Source: Octopus sinensis (Eukaryota). Taken from it: a DNA stretch of 64,000 bases. This document shows positions 25,125-36,246 of this stretch, piece by piece. The notes beneath the pieces were generated by a model, which saw only the letters and a list, made by a program, of their open reading frames with translations, searched no databases and was not told the origin of the DNA. The translations under genes were made by a program, and so were the position numbers. The stretch lies in NCBI RefSeq assembly GCF_006345805.1, contig NC_043003.1, positions 27,838,001-27,902,000 of the forward strand, given 5' to 3'. Within the stretch, counting starts at the first letter, position 1. Every line of letters begins with the position of its first letter.

Positions 25125-26530
25125 TAGTTTTATTTTTATAGCGTGCTTTCACTTCACTACCGAGCGCAGCTCTGTGTGCCTTGGGTATGTGCTGTGATTT
25201 GTTGTGATGCTCTGATGGTTATTGTATGGAAAGTGTTCTGCGTAGGATGTGTGCAGTGCCTAGTAGTGCAATTTTCTGTATGTTATATGTGTTTGTAAGT
25301 CCTGGTGTTTTTGTTATGTATTTGTCTGAATATTTTTTTATCATGCCTAATGCACCTACTATGATAGGAATTGTTTCTGTTTTTAGATTCCACATTCTGG
25401 TTACCTCCATTTCCGGGTCTTTGTGTTTTGAAAGTTTCTCCCTTTCTTTTAGAGACACGTTGTCATCTGCCGGTATTGATACTTCAATTAGAAAGCATTT
25501 TTTTCTTCATGATCTCTGACAACTATATCTGGTCTGTTGGCCTTAATTTCTCTATCTGTGTGATCGGCATATCCCAAAGTATGGTTGCTTTTTCGTTTTC
25601 TGTGACCTTTTCTGGTGTGTGCCTATACCATCTTTTTTCTGTTGTTATTCCATAATGTTGGCATAGCTTCCAGTTTATGTAGGTTCCAACTCTGTCATGT
25701 CTGTGAATATATTCCTTCTTAGCCAGGACTGGGCAGCCAGAGATAATATGATTTATTGTTTCTTGTCCATCTCCACATATTCTGCAGTTACTTGTTATAT
25801 TTCTTTTCATTACATGTTTTTGGTAATTTCTGGTGGGGAGGCTTTGGTCTTGTGCTGCAATTAAAAATCCCTCTGTGTCTGCTTTGAGTCCTGAGCTTCT
25901 CAACCATTGCTGGGATTTTTCTTTGTCTATTTCTTTTGTATTTAGTTTAGTCCAGTATTTACCGTGAAGGGGTTTTTCTTGCCATCGTTTTATCATGGTT
26001 CTTTGCTGTTCTAGTTTTAGTTTGGATTTCATTTGTTTTATAGCTTCTGTTGTTTCTTCTTCTTCTTTTCTTCTTCTTCTTCTTCTTCTTCTTCTTTTCT
26101 TCTTCTTCTCTTCTTCTTCTTCTTCTTCTTCTTCTTTATATTTGTTAGGTGGTATGATTTCTTGTTTGTATTTGTCAGCTTCCTTAAATACTGAGAACAG
26201 TTTTTGTTTTGCTCGTGTTTTGCCGCTATTTGTATCAGTTTTCCTTCCTTCTGAAGTAGATATTTTTGCAGTCCTATGGTGGTTATTTTATAGTAGTTTT
26301 CCAGCTGTATAAGGCCTCTACCACGTTCTATACGTTGTATATATAGTCTTTCTATGTCAGATTTTGAGTGATGCATCCTAGACCCTGTCATTATTTTTCT
26401 TGTTTTCCTATCTATTTTGGTCAGTTCATTTAGTGTCCAGTTAAGGATATTGTAGCTGTAACTTATAACTGGGACAGCTAAAGTGTTAATACCTATTATC
26501 TTGTTTTTAGCATTGAGCTCTGTTTTTAGT
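25121..26530 (-). mobile_element. R4/Dong-clade non-LTR retrotransposon, 5'-truncated (RT C-terminus, CCHC knuckle, RLE endonuclease)
   Basis: CRICGDGQETINHIISGC; ILWDMPI; KLSKHKD...IPIIVGALG; GTAHILRRTLSI*. Flanked on both sides by (TAA)n. Confidence 0.85.
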
Positions 26531-26537
26531 ATTATTA

Positions 26538-26581
<44 letters not shown>

Positions 26582-26584
26582 TTA

Positions 26585-26865
26585 TGTTTGACTTTTGCTT
26601 TATATTTGTACAAGTTCGCTCCAAGTCTCACCCAGAGACCTCAAGAGACAACAGGTTGGAAGTCCATGTTGTTGTTATACCTAGTGTGCCATATATTTGT
26701 TTTTGGTGTTGTACTAGTGAATGTCCCCAAAAAAAAAACCATAATTATGTTTGTTTTAAACCCTGAGATTACATAGAAAGTATTTTGCGTAGGATATGAG
26801 CAGTTCCCATGAGCACTATCTTTTGAATTTCTGCCATTTTTGGGTTTCCTGGTATCTGAGTTAGG
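26585..26865 (-). mobile_element. Second R4/Dong-family 3' end
   Basis: Minus strand reads IPGNPKMAEIQKIVLMGTAHILRKILSM*, followed by a different 3' UTR; bounded by (TAA)n. Confidence 0.75.
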
Positions 26866-26931
26866 TAATTATTATTATTATTAGTTATTATTATTATTAT
26901 TATTATATTATTATTATTATTATTATTATTA

Positions 26932-26975
<44 letters not shown>

Positions 26976-27065
26976 TCAGTCACTGTCTGGAATCGAATTT
27001 GGAATCTTGGGGTTGGAAGCCTGCACTCTTAAACTCAAGATTCTAAGTTCGATTCCAGGCAGTGA

Positions 27066-27129
<64 letters not shown>

Positions 27130-27532
27130 TCGTTCGTTTACTGGCCACAAGGGCTAACAAAAATCAATTAAAACATAAAGGGACAAAACACAGGACGAAA
27201 GTTACAAAGGGTTTTGTCCATTTGAAAAAGTCCGTGTACAAAAGCAGAATAACAACGAAATATAAGTAACAATTAAAACCCCCAATAGGGGGAGGCGCTC
27301 CGAAAGGCTACTCGTGGAAAACCCATAAAAGCCACAGGAGCCTGGTCAAAAGTGGGGTAGCGAACCCTTTTCTCCTTGTATATTTCCTTTTAATTTTTCA
27401 CAGGTGTATCCTCAGAATTGGTACGTTCATACTAGCCATTCTTGCGACATTCACCCACCTTTCAATAAACTTGCTACCAATAACATGGAAAAATACCTTA
27501 GGAATGAGAACCCAGGTTCAAAATTTCCCCAA

Positions 27533-27576
27533 GACACCTGGTGAAGGCTGGAGGGTATATCAGCAGAAACGTTGTG
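27533..27576 (+). ncRNA. Decayed minimal hammerhead ribozyme in a Penelope pLTR fragment (27480-27620)
   Basis: gacac CTGGTGA a ggctg-loop-cagca GAAACGTT gtg. Same family as 58021; the A6G core change is probably inactivating. Confidence 0.55.
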
Positions 27577-27690
27577 AAAACAACAAACAAGATGACAAAT
27601 ATCTGTCGAATGTAAAAAACATAAACGAAACCTTGTTACCAAATAGATGGCCAATCAAAATTAACTCCAAATAAAGAGAGAAAAAGAAGT

Positions 27691-27725
<35 letters not shown>

Positions 27726-27903
27726 GTATGAAAGCCTAATCATATACATACATATATACATACATGTATGGATATCTATATCTATATCTCACACCTTTTT
27801 ACCATAAGAGAGATTTTTTCTCCGAGGTAACTGTAGTGTATTTGCCTTTAGCAGTTGAAATATGTGACAAAATTATTTCATATAGCCTAAATTGTGATTA
27901 TAT

Positions 27904-27936
<33 letters not shown>

Positions 27937-29880
27937 CGTTTTTGGATTTGGTTTGCAAGATTCTTTATTTCAGTTCGTGTGTTGAAGCATATGCTGTTGT
28001 ATCTAGAGAGAGTCATTATCTTTTTGTGCCTTATAATGTAACACACGCACCTGTAAAATTTCCACTTATTTATTATTTTTATTTTCCTAAAATTTTCGTT
28101 GCATCTTGCAACCTTTTCAATAGTCTTGACTCTGTCCGTTAATTACTCTGCGTTCCTTTTTGTTTGTTTGTGCGCATGTGTGTGGGTCAGTGTGTGTGTG
28201 TGTGTGCCTATGCATGCAGGCATGTACTATGTATGTATGTATGTATGTAGTATGTATGTATGTATGTATGTATGTATATGTATGTATGTATGTATATTTG
28301 TGTATGTATGCATCTGTATGTATGTATCCTGCATATTCATGTGCTTGCATGTCCGTGCTTGTGTATTTTCTATGTATGTGTGTGTGTGAGCGTGTGTTTG
28401 TATATATATATATATATATTATATATATATATATATATAATATATATATATACCCCTTTCTCCTTGTGTGTGCATGTCTGTGTATGTGTGTGTTATACAA
28501 CTATGTACCATGTTTGTATGTATCGATGTGCATCTCTATACGTGTTTCCATATGTGCTCTTGTGTGGAGTAAAGTGTGTGTATATATGGTCATGTGTTTC
28601 AGTCTCCATTTGCGTATGTGTGCTTGTCTGTTCTTATAACCTATGTATCTATCCGTTTGTATGTTGATCAACATACAGACATATTTTAAGGACTCCACAT
28701 CACCACTCCACCATTTGGGCTATCAGGGCCTCAAGGCTGGAGTTCCTTGCAAGGGCAAGAAAATTCTATGACCCTAATTGTCGGGGTGGTGTGCATAGGT
28801 GTGTGCACGTACGTGTTTACGTATGTGTGTATGTATATGTGAGTGTTGGTTATGGTTGCTAGAATCGTATTGCAAGTTTATATATGTATGTGTTTTTTCT
28901 TGGAATGTGTGTGGGCTAGTGCTCTAGTGTGGGAATATTGTGTTTGTGCGCGTGTGTATATATATGTGTGTGTGTTTGCGTTGGAGGTTTGCATTGTATT
29001 TGTGTGTGTGTGCGTGATTTTGTACATCTGTATGTGTTTCTGTGTGTGTTTGTTTTGGGTGTGTACCTGGGGAGATATGTTAGAGTATGTTGAGTTGTAG
29101 TCTGTATTTTTGAATAAGATTATTTTCCCTATTTATTCGTGTTGGGTTGCGAGTACTTTCTTTAGACATGGGTCTTGACTCAGCTGTGGGATGTTCTTGT
29201 ATATAATTGTGTAAGCTTCTGAATTTATTGGATTGTGTGTTTAGAGATATGGGAAACTATTTAATGTATCGTGAGTGTGTCTCGGTTTTCGTAAGTCTTG
29301 GGTAGCAATTGTCTTGGCCCGTTCTATTTCATTGTCAAATGATGCTGGGTAATATCTTTCGGAGAAGAATTGACTTTAGTTCTTGCAGTCTTTTATTTCG
29401 TGTTCTTTAATTTCAGACAATTGTACATTCTTCTCGCTAGGTTGAATGGGGTATTTGTATTCGTGTGCGTTGGGTGCTTGGAGGTGAACAGAAGGTATTG
29501 TTTGGAATCAGTTGGCTTGTAGTGGATATCAGTTTCAATGTTGGTGCCCTTTTTTATTATAAGAAAGTGACGAATAGGAAGTTGGTCTTGACTATATTCC
29601 ATTATAAATTGGATATGGTTGTTGAAACTGTTGATTAAGTTTTTGAAATCAATGAGTTAGTCGAGTGTGTGGGATCATAGGATGAGGCAATCATCAAGTA
29701 GCGTTTCCAATTCTCCAACAGGTATTTGTGGAAAGACAGGCCGTATTTAGATTTGGATTCTTCATAAATTTGTAATTCTAGGTAGGCCATCACCAGGTTT
29801 GCATAAGTAGGGGCGACTTTAGTATCCATTGCAGTCCCTGATACTTATCTGTAGGTGTTATTATTTAAATTCAAAAATTG
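27937..29880 (-). mobile_element. Penelope-like element(s): degenerate RT, GIY-YIG tail and pLTR
   Basis: GTAMDTKVAPTYANLVM...WKRYL; TDIHYKPTDSKQYLLFTSKHP; ENNLIQKYRLQLNIL*. pLTR 27937-28670 is homologous to 42258-42920. Confidence 0.8.
28087..28123 (-). ncRNA. Candidate minimal type I hammerhead with U3-A8 variant core
   Basis: CUA UUGAAAA G GUUGC-AAGAU-GCAAC GAA AAUU U UAG; identical copy at 42411-42447. Confidence 0.5.
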
Positions 29881-29885
29881 TTATA

Positions 29886-31569
29886 TCATCTTCATCGTTT
29901 AACGTCTGCTTTCCATGCTAGCATGGGTTGGACGATTTGACTGAGGACTGGCGAACCAGATGGCTGCACCAGGCTCCAATCTTGATCTGGCAGAGTTTCA
30001 ACAGCTGGATGCCCTTTCTAATGCCAACCACTCCGGGAGTGTAGTGGGTGCTTTTACGTACCACCGGCACGAGTGTCAGTCAGGCGGTACTGGCAGCAGC
30101 CTCGCCCAAATGGTGTTATTTTTACGTCCCACCTGCACACCGACACAAGTGCCAGTAAGGTGACGCTGGTAACGATCATGCTCATATGGTGCTTTTTACG
30201 TGTCACCGGCACAGATGCCAGTCATCGAATTTGATTTTGATTTTACTTGCCTCACAGGTCTTCGCAAGCAGTGACCAATGAAAGGAAGGTATGCATAAGT
30301 GGGCTAGTTACACCCCTGGGATACACCAAACGTTTATGGTCTCATTTGGCTTGCTGGGTCTTCTCACTAGTCATTGCCTCAGTGAGGCCTAATGTTCGAA
30401 GGTCGTGCTTCACCACTTCATCCCAGGTCTTCCTGGGTCTACCTCTTCCACAGGTTCCCTCAACTACTAGGGTGTGGCACTTTTTCACACAGCTATCTTC
30501 ATCCATTCTCGCCACATGACCATATGAGCGCAGTCGTCTCTCTTGCACACTACATCTAATGCTTCTTAGGTCCAACTTTTCTCTCAAGGTACTTACATTC
30601 TGTTCAGTATGCACACTGACATTACACATCCATCGGATCATACTGGCTTCATTCCTTACGAGCTTACACATATCCTCAGCAGTCACGGCCCATGTTTCAC
30701 TGCCATCTAGCATGGCTGTTCGCAAACATGCGTCATACAGCCTACCTTTTACTCTGAGCGAGAGGCCTTTTGTCACCAGCAGAGGTAAGAGCTCTCTGAA
30801 CTTTGCCCAGGCTATTCTTATTCTAGCAGTTACACTTTCAGTGCACCCACCCCCACTACTGACTTGGTCACCTAGGTAATGGAAGCTATCAACTACTTCT
30901 AGTTTTTCTCCCTGGAATGTGACGGAAGCTGTTCTCTGCACATTTTCAGTGTTTATTGCTCCTGAGCATCTGCCACATACAAAAACTATCTTCCCAGTTA
31001 GCCTTCCTTTGATATTGCTGCACCTCTTATGTATCCATAGCTTACAATGGGTACATCTTATAGAGTTTTTACATATGCCTTTTCTACAGATCGAGCAGGG
31101 CCATCTACCTGAAGGGATTTGTGGTTTGCCTGCCTTTCTACTTATTAGGACTTTGGTTTTAGCTAGGTTGACTCTAAGGCCCTTCGATTCTAATCCTTGT
31201 TTCCACATCTGAAACTTCTCCTCTAGTTCTGATAGTGACTCAGCAATTAGAGCAAGGTCGTCAGTATAGAGGAGCTCCCAGGGGCATCCTGTCTTGAATT
31301 CCTCTGTTATTGCCTGGAGGACTATGATAAATAGGAGAGGGGCTAAGGACTGAACCTTGGTGCACTTCTACCTCCGCCCAGAAATCTTCACCGTACTCGT
31401 TGCCAACCCTCACCTTACTGACAGCGTCCCTGTACATGGCTTGCACAGCTCTCACTAACCATTCATCTATCCCTAATTTCCTCATTGACCACCAGATAAG
31501 GGATCGGGGGACCCTGTCAAAGGCTTTCTCCGTGTCAACAAAAGCCAAGTACAAAGGTTTAACTTGGCC

Positions 31570-31570
<1 letters not shown>
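29886..31570 (-). mobile_element. RTE-clade LINE, 3' part (RT C-terminus, Cys-rich region, 3' UTR)
   Basis: LAFVDTEKAFDRVP; HQGSVLS; YTDDLAL region; WKQGLESKGLRVNLAKTK; GRGRPRKTWDE. Frameshifted. Confidence 0.9.
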
Positions 31571-31626
<56 letters not shown>

Positions 31627-31649
31627 CATCATCATCATCATCATCATCA

Positions 31650-33645
31650 TCATCATTTAGCGTCCGTTCTTCATGCTAGCATGGGTTGGACGGTTCAACT
31701 GGGGTCTGTGAAGCTGGAAGGCTTCATCAGGCCCAGTCAGATCTGGCAGTGTTTCTACGGCTGGATGCCCTTCCTAACGCCAACCACTCCGTGAGTGTAG
31801 TGGGTGCTTTTTACGTGCCACCTGCACAGGTGCCAGACAGAGCTGGCAAACGGCCACGAACGGATGGTGCTTTTACGTGTCACCGGCACGGGGCCAGGCG
31901 AGGCTGGCAACGGACACGAACGGATGGTGCTTTTACGTGCCACCAACACGGGGGCCAGACAGAGCTGGCAAACGGCCACGAACGGATGGTGCTTTTACGT
32001 GTCACCGGCACGGGGCCAGGCGAGGCTGGCAACGGGCACGAACGGATGGTGCTTTTACATGCCACCGACATGGGGGCCAGACAGGGCTGGCAAACGGCCA
32101 CGAACGGATGGTGCTTTTACGTGTCACCGGCACGGGGACCAGGCGAGGCTGGCAACGGACACGAACGGATGGTGCTTTTACATGTCACCGACATGGGGGC
32201 CAGACAGGGCTGGCAAACGGCCACGAACGGATGGTGCTTTTACGTGTCACCAGCACGGGGGCCAGACAGAGCTGGCAAACGGCCACGAACGGATGGCTTT
32301 TACGTGTCACCGGCACGGGGGCCAGACAGAGCTGGCAAACGGCCACAAACGGATGGTACTTTTACGTGTCACTGGCACGGGGGCCAGGCCAGGCTGGCAA
32401 CGAACACGAACGGATGGTGCTTTACGTGCCACCTACACGGGGGCCAGACAGGGCTGGCGAACGGCTACGAACGGATGGTACTTTTACGTGTCACCTGCAC
32501 GGGGGCCCTGATGTTGATCGACCTCAATTTGGTTTGATCTTGATTTTGACTGTTCTCACTGGTCTTGCCGGGTTTTCTCACGCACAGCATACCTCCAAAG
32601 GTCTCGGTCACTGGTCATTTCCTTGGTGAGACCTAAAGTTCGAAGGTCGTGCTTCACCGCCTCGACCCAGGTTTTCCTGGGTCTACCTCTTCCACAGGTC
32701 CCCTCAACTGCCAGGGTGTGGCACTTTCGCACACAACAACTATCTTCAGCCATTCTCATCACATGACCATACCAGCACATACGTCTCTCTTGCACACAAC
32801 AACTGATACTTCTTAGGTTCAACTTTTCTCTCAAGGTACTTACACTCTGTCGATTATGAACACTGACGTTACACATCCATCGGAGCATACTAGCTTCATT
32901 TCTTGCGAGCTTACGCAAATCCTCAGCAGTCACAGCCCAAGTTTCACTACCATGTAGCATGCTGTACGTACACATGCATCATACAGTCTGCCTTTTACTT
33001 TGAGCGAGAGGCCTTTGTCACCAGCAGAGGTAAGAGCTCTCTAAACTTTGCCCAGGCCATTCTTACTCTAGCAGTTATACTCTCAGCGCACCCGCCCCCG
33101 CTACTGACTTGGTCACCTAGGTAACGGAAACTATCAACTACTTCTAGCTTTTCTCCTGGAAAGTGACGGAAGTTGGTCTCAGAGCATCTTCAGTGTTAAT
33201 TGTTCCTGAGCATCTGCCACATACAAAAACCATCTTCCTAGTTAGCCTTCCTTGACATTGCTGCACCTCTTATGTGTCCATAGCTTACACTTGGTGCATC
33301 TTATAGAGTTTCTACCTACACCTTTTCTACAGATCGAGCAGGGCCATCTACCTGAAGGCGTTTGTGATTGGTCTACCTTCCTACTTATTAGGACTTTGGT
33401 TTTGGCTAGGTTGATTTTAAGGCCCTTCGATTCTAAACCTTGTTTCCATACCTGAAACTTCTCCTCTAGTTCTGATAGAGACTCAGCAATTAGAGCAAGG
33501 TCATCAGCATAGAGGAGCTCCCGGGGCATCCTGTCTTGAATTCCTCCGTTATTGCCTGGAGGACTATGATAAATAGGAGGGGACTGAGGACTGAACTGAA
33601 CCTTGGTGGACCCCAACCTCTACCCTGAATTCTTCACTGTACTCG

Positions 33646-33650
<5 letters not shown>
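31650..33650 (-). mobile_element. RTE-clade LINE, 3' part, with expanded VNTR in the 3' UTR
   Basis: ELLYADDLALIAES; GSETWAVT; GRGRPRKTW. Internal deletions. Confidence 0.9.
31830..32510. repeat. GC-rich minisatellite, about 11 copies of ~61 bp
   Basis: Unit ...ggcaa(a)cggccacgaacggatggtgcttttacgtgtcaccggcacggggcc..., with two alternating variants. Confidence 0.9.
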
Positions 33651-33704
<54 letters not shown>

Positions 33705-33723
33705 CATATATATATATATATAC

Positions 33724-33813
<90 letters not shown>

Positions 33814-33814
<1 letters not shown>

Positions 33815-33971
33815 TTTATTTTAAGCAGCAGAAAATTCAACAAAATCTGTTACTCTGAGTTTCTCGTTGCCGTTCATCAGACAGTTTTTGCTAGAAAAAA
33901 CTGTCTGATGAACGGTAACGAGAAACTCAGAGTAACAGATTTTGTTGAATTTTCTGCTGCTTAAAATAAAG
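33814..33971. repeat. Fold-back (~76-bp arms) of a Penelope pLTR tail
   Basis: ctttattttaagcagcagaaaattc...acagttttt gctag aaaaaactgt...gaattttctgctgcttaaaataaag; about one substitution between arms. Confidence 0.9.
33901..33938 (+). ncRNA. Minimal type I hammerhead ribozyme (mirror copy on the minus strand at 33847-33884)
   Basis: CUGU CUGAUGA A CG-GUAA-CG A GAA ACUC-A-GAGU A ACAG: stem I CUGU/ACAG, near-palindromic stem III, GUA cleavage triplet. Confidence 0.65.
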
Positions 33972-34040
33972 CATATTACTCTACCACTGGTATTTGAGTA
34001 CTCTTTTTTCCACCTTGTTTCACATTTATGTGTTTACTCC

Positions 34041-34125
<85 letters not shown>

Positions 34126-34127
<2 letters not shown>

Positions 34128-34430
34128 AGGCGCAATGGCCCAGTGGTTAGGGCAGCGGACTCGCAGTCGTAGGATCGCGGTTTCGATTCCCAGACCGGGC
34201 GTTGTGTGTGTTTCTTGAGCGAAAATACCTAAAAGCTCCACGAGGCTCCGGCAGTGGGTGGTGATCCCTGCTGTACTCTTTCATCACTCTTTCTCTCTTT
34301 CTTCTGTTGGCCTGCTCGATTAGCCAGCGGGGTGGCGTCGTTCGAAGGCTAAAATAATGCGAACGCATTGTGACCAGCGATGTGTAGCAACATCTGATGG
34401 TCTGGTCGGTCACGTGATCACGTGATATAT
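34126..34430 (+). mobile_element. tRNA-derived SINE (family D)
   Basis: A-box-like tggcccagtggtt and B-box-like ggtttcgattccc. Relatives near 51040-51190, 57845-57960 and 60360-60480. Confidence 0.8.
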
Positions 34431-34719
34431 ATATATACATACACATATATATGCATCTATATATATACATATATATACACACATACATATATGTGTGTAT
34501 ATGTATATATGTTTGTATATATGTATATATATATGTGTGTATATATATATATTTTTATAAATATATGTATGTATGTATATATATGTATATATATATATAT
34601 ATATGTATGTATAAATGTATATATATGTATGTATATATGTATATTCAGCCCACTTATGCATGCCTTTCATCCCTTGGACACACGAAGACCTGTTGAGGCA
34701 AGCAAGTCGAAATTGAACC

Positions 34720-35262
34720 TCATCCGATGACAGGCACCCATGCCAACCTCCCTTCATTGGACACTAAACTCTGCTTGCGAAGACCTGTTGGGGCAAGTGA
34801 AATCGGAATCGAAATTGAACCAATCCTATGACTGGCACCCGGCAGTTGCCAGGTCCGCTGGACTGACTCCTGTGCAGGTGGCAAGTGAAGAACCACCATT
34901 TCGACCCTGTGCTTGAGGAAATCCATTGAGTCAAGTACACCAACATCAAAATCAATGGAGACTGCAGTTGTGATGCCTGTGCCGGTGGCACATAAAAAGC
35001 ACCATCTAAACGTGGCCGATGCCAGCGCCGCCTCGACTGGCTTCCGTGCCGGTGGCACGTAAAATGCACCAATCCGATCGTGGCCATTACCAGCCTCGCC
35101 TGGCACTTGTGCCGGTGGCACGTAAAAAGCACCCACTACACTCACGGAGTGGTTGTCATTAGGAAGGGCATCCAGTTGTAGAAACACTGCCAGATCAGAC
35201 TGTGCCTGGTGCAGCCTTCTGGCTTCCCAGATCCCCGGTCGAACTGTCCAACCCATGCTAGC
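34720..35262 (+). mobile_element. RTE 3'-UTR-derived repeat
   Basis: Family C in the opposite orientation. Confidence 0.75.
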
Positions 35263-35270
35263 AGAGTAAA

Positions 35271-36026
35271 TTTATTTTATAGAAGGAGCTTCTACAGGAC
35301 TAGAACTGTTTCATTCAAATGAAATCGTCAGGAAGCTTGCTGTCAAAATGAGTTCAGGTATTTATACATTTAGGCAGATTTAATGGGGTGGTGGTGGGGG
35401 ACGTTTTTTGGGTAAGCAGGGCACAAACTGTCGTTCTTAGGGGAGTGGTCAAAAGAATCAGTGATAAAGTAAATAAATGAATAAATAGAATAATTGAATA
35501 GAGTTTTAGGTAAATTAGAAGACTATTGCTTTTAGTCAGTTTGTTGTTGTTGTTATTAAGTGGAGGGAAGAAGTAGATAAATATACATGAAAGAACATAT
35601 AAAATGAATATACATACAAACCCACATATGTATATGTATATGTATATGTATGGATATTCGCATGTGTATGTATGTGGGTTTGTATGTATATTTATTTTGT
35701 ATGTTCTTTCATGTATATTTATCTACTTCTTCCCTCCACTTAATAACAACAACAACAAACTGACTAAAAGCAATAGTCTTCTAACTTACCTAAAACTCTA
35801 TTCAATTATTCTATTTATTCATTTATTTACTTTATCACTGATTCTTTTGACCACTCCCCTAAGAACGACAGTTTGTGCCCTGCTTACCCAAAAAACGTCC
35901 CCCACCACCACCCCATTAAATCTGCCTAAATGTATAAATACCAGAACTCATTTTGACAGCAAGCTTCCTGATGATTTCATTTGAATGAAACAGTTCTAGT
36001 CCTGTAGAAGCTCCTTCTATAAAATA

Positions 36027-36030
<4 letters not shown>
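35271..36030. repeat. 760-bp fold-back (~350-bp near-identical arms), Penelope pLTR-derived
   Basis: 35271 to about 35628 is the reverse complement of about 35678-36030; each arm ends in a hammerhead. Confidence 0.9.
35962..36012 (+). ncRNA. Type I hammerhead ribozyme (mirror copy on the minus strand at 35287-35337)
   Basis: AGCUUC CUGAUGA U UUC-AUUU-GAA U GAA ACAG-uucuaguc-CUGU A GAAGCU: 6-bp stem I, 4-bp stem III, GUA site. The minus copy has core CUGACGA. Confidence 0.75.
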
Positions 36031-36058
<28 letters not shown>

Positions 36059-36075
36059 AATATATATATTTATAT

Positions 36076-36106
<31 letters not shown>

Positions 36107-36198
36107 CACACACACATACACATACACATTCATGTGTTTGTTGTTTGTTAGAGCCTCGTTGTGACAAAACCCATGTGCTCATTTTTCTCTCATTCAAC

Positions 36199-36246
36199 AT
36201 GGCAGATGTTAACATTGATTCTCTGAAGATTTGTGCTCAACAGGCG
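36199..36246 (+). CDS. RARS1: RARS1 coding exon 1 (MADVNIDSLKICAQQA)
   Basis: caacATGG start context and phase-0 donor GCG|gtaaat. Joins in frame to exon 2 to give QQA-ENEI, compared with human LQQ-EEEI. Confidence 0.7.

Noticed and set aside
24847-25197. Poly-Leu ORF resembling a membrane protein
   Set aside because: It derives from a (TTG/CTG/TTA)n microsatellite.
31686-32629. Three overlapping 235-283-aa ORFs, and a superficial CRISPR-like periodicity
   Set aside because: This is a tandem VNTR in a LINE 3' UTR with no unique spacers, no cas genes and a eukaryotic context.
34126-34200. tRNA gene
   Set aside because: A and B boxes are present, but I could not fold a full cloverleaf and it continues into a SINE body; other tRNA-like heads in the window are likewise SINEs.
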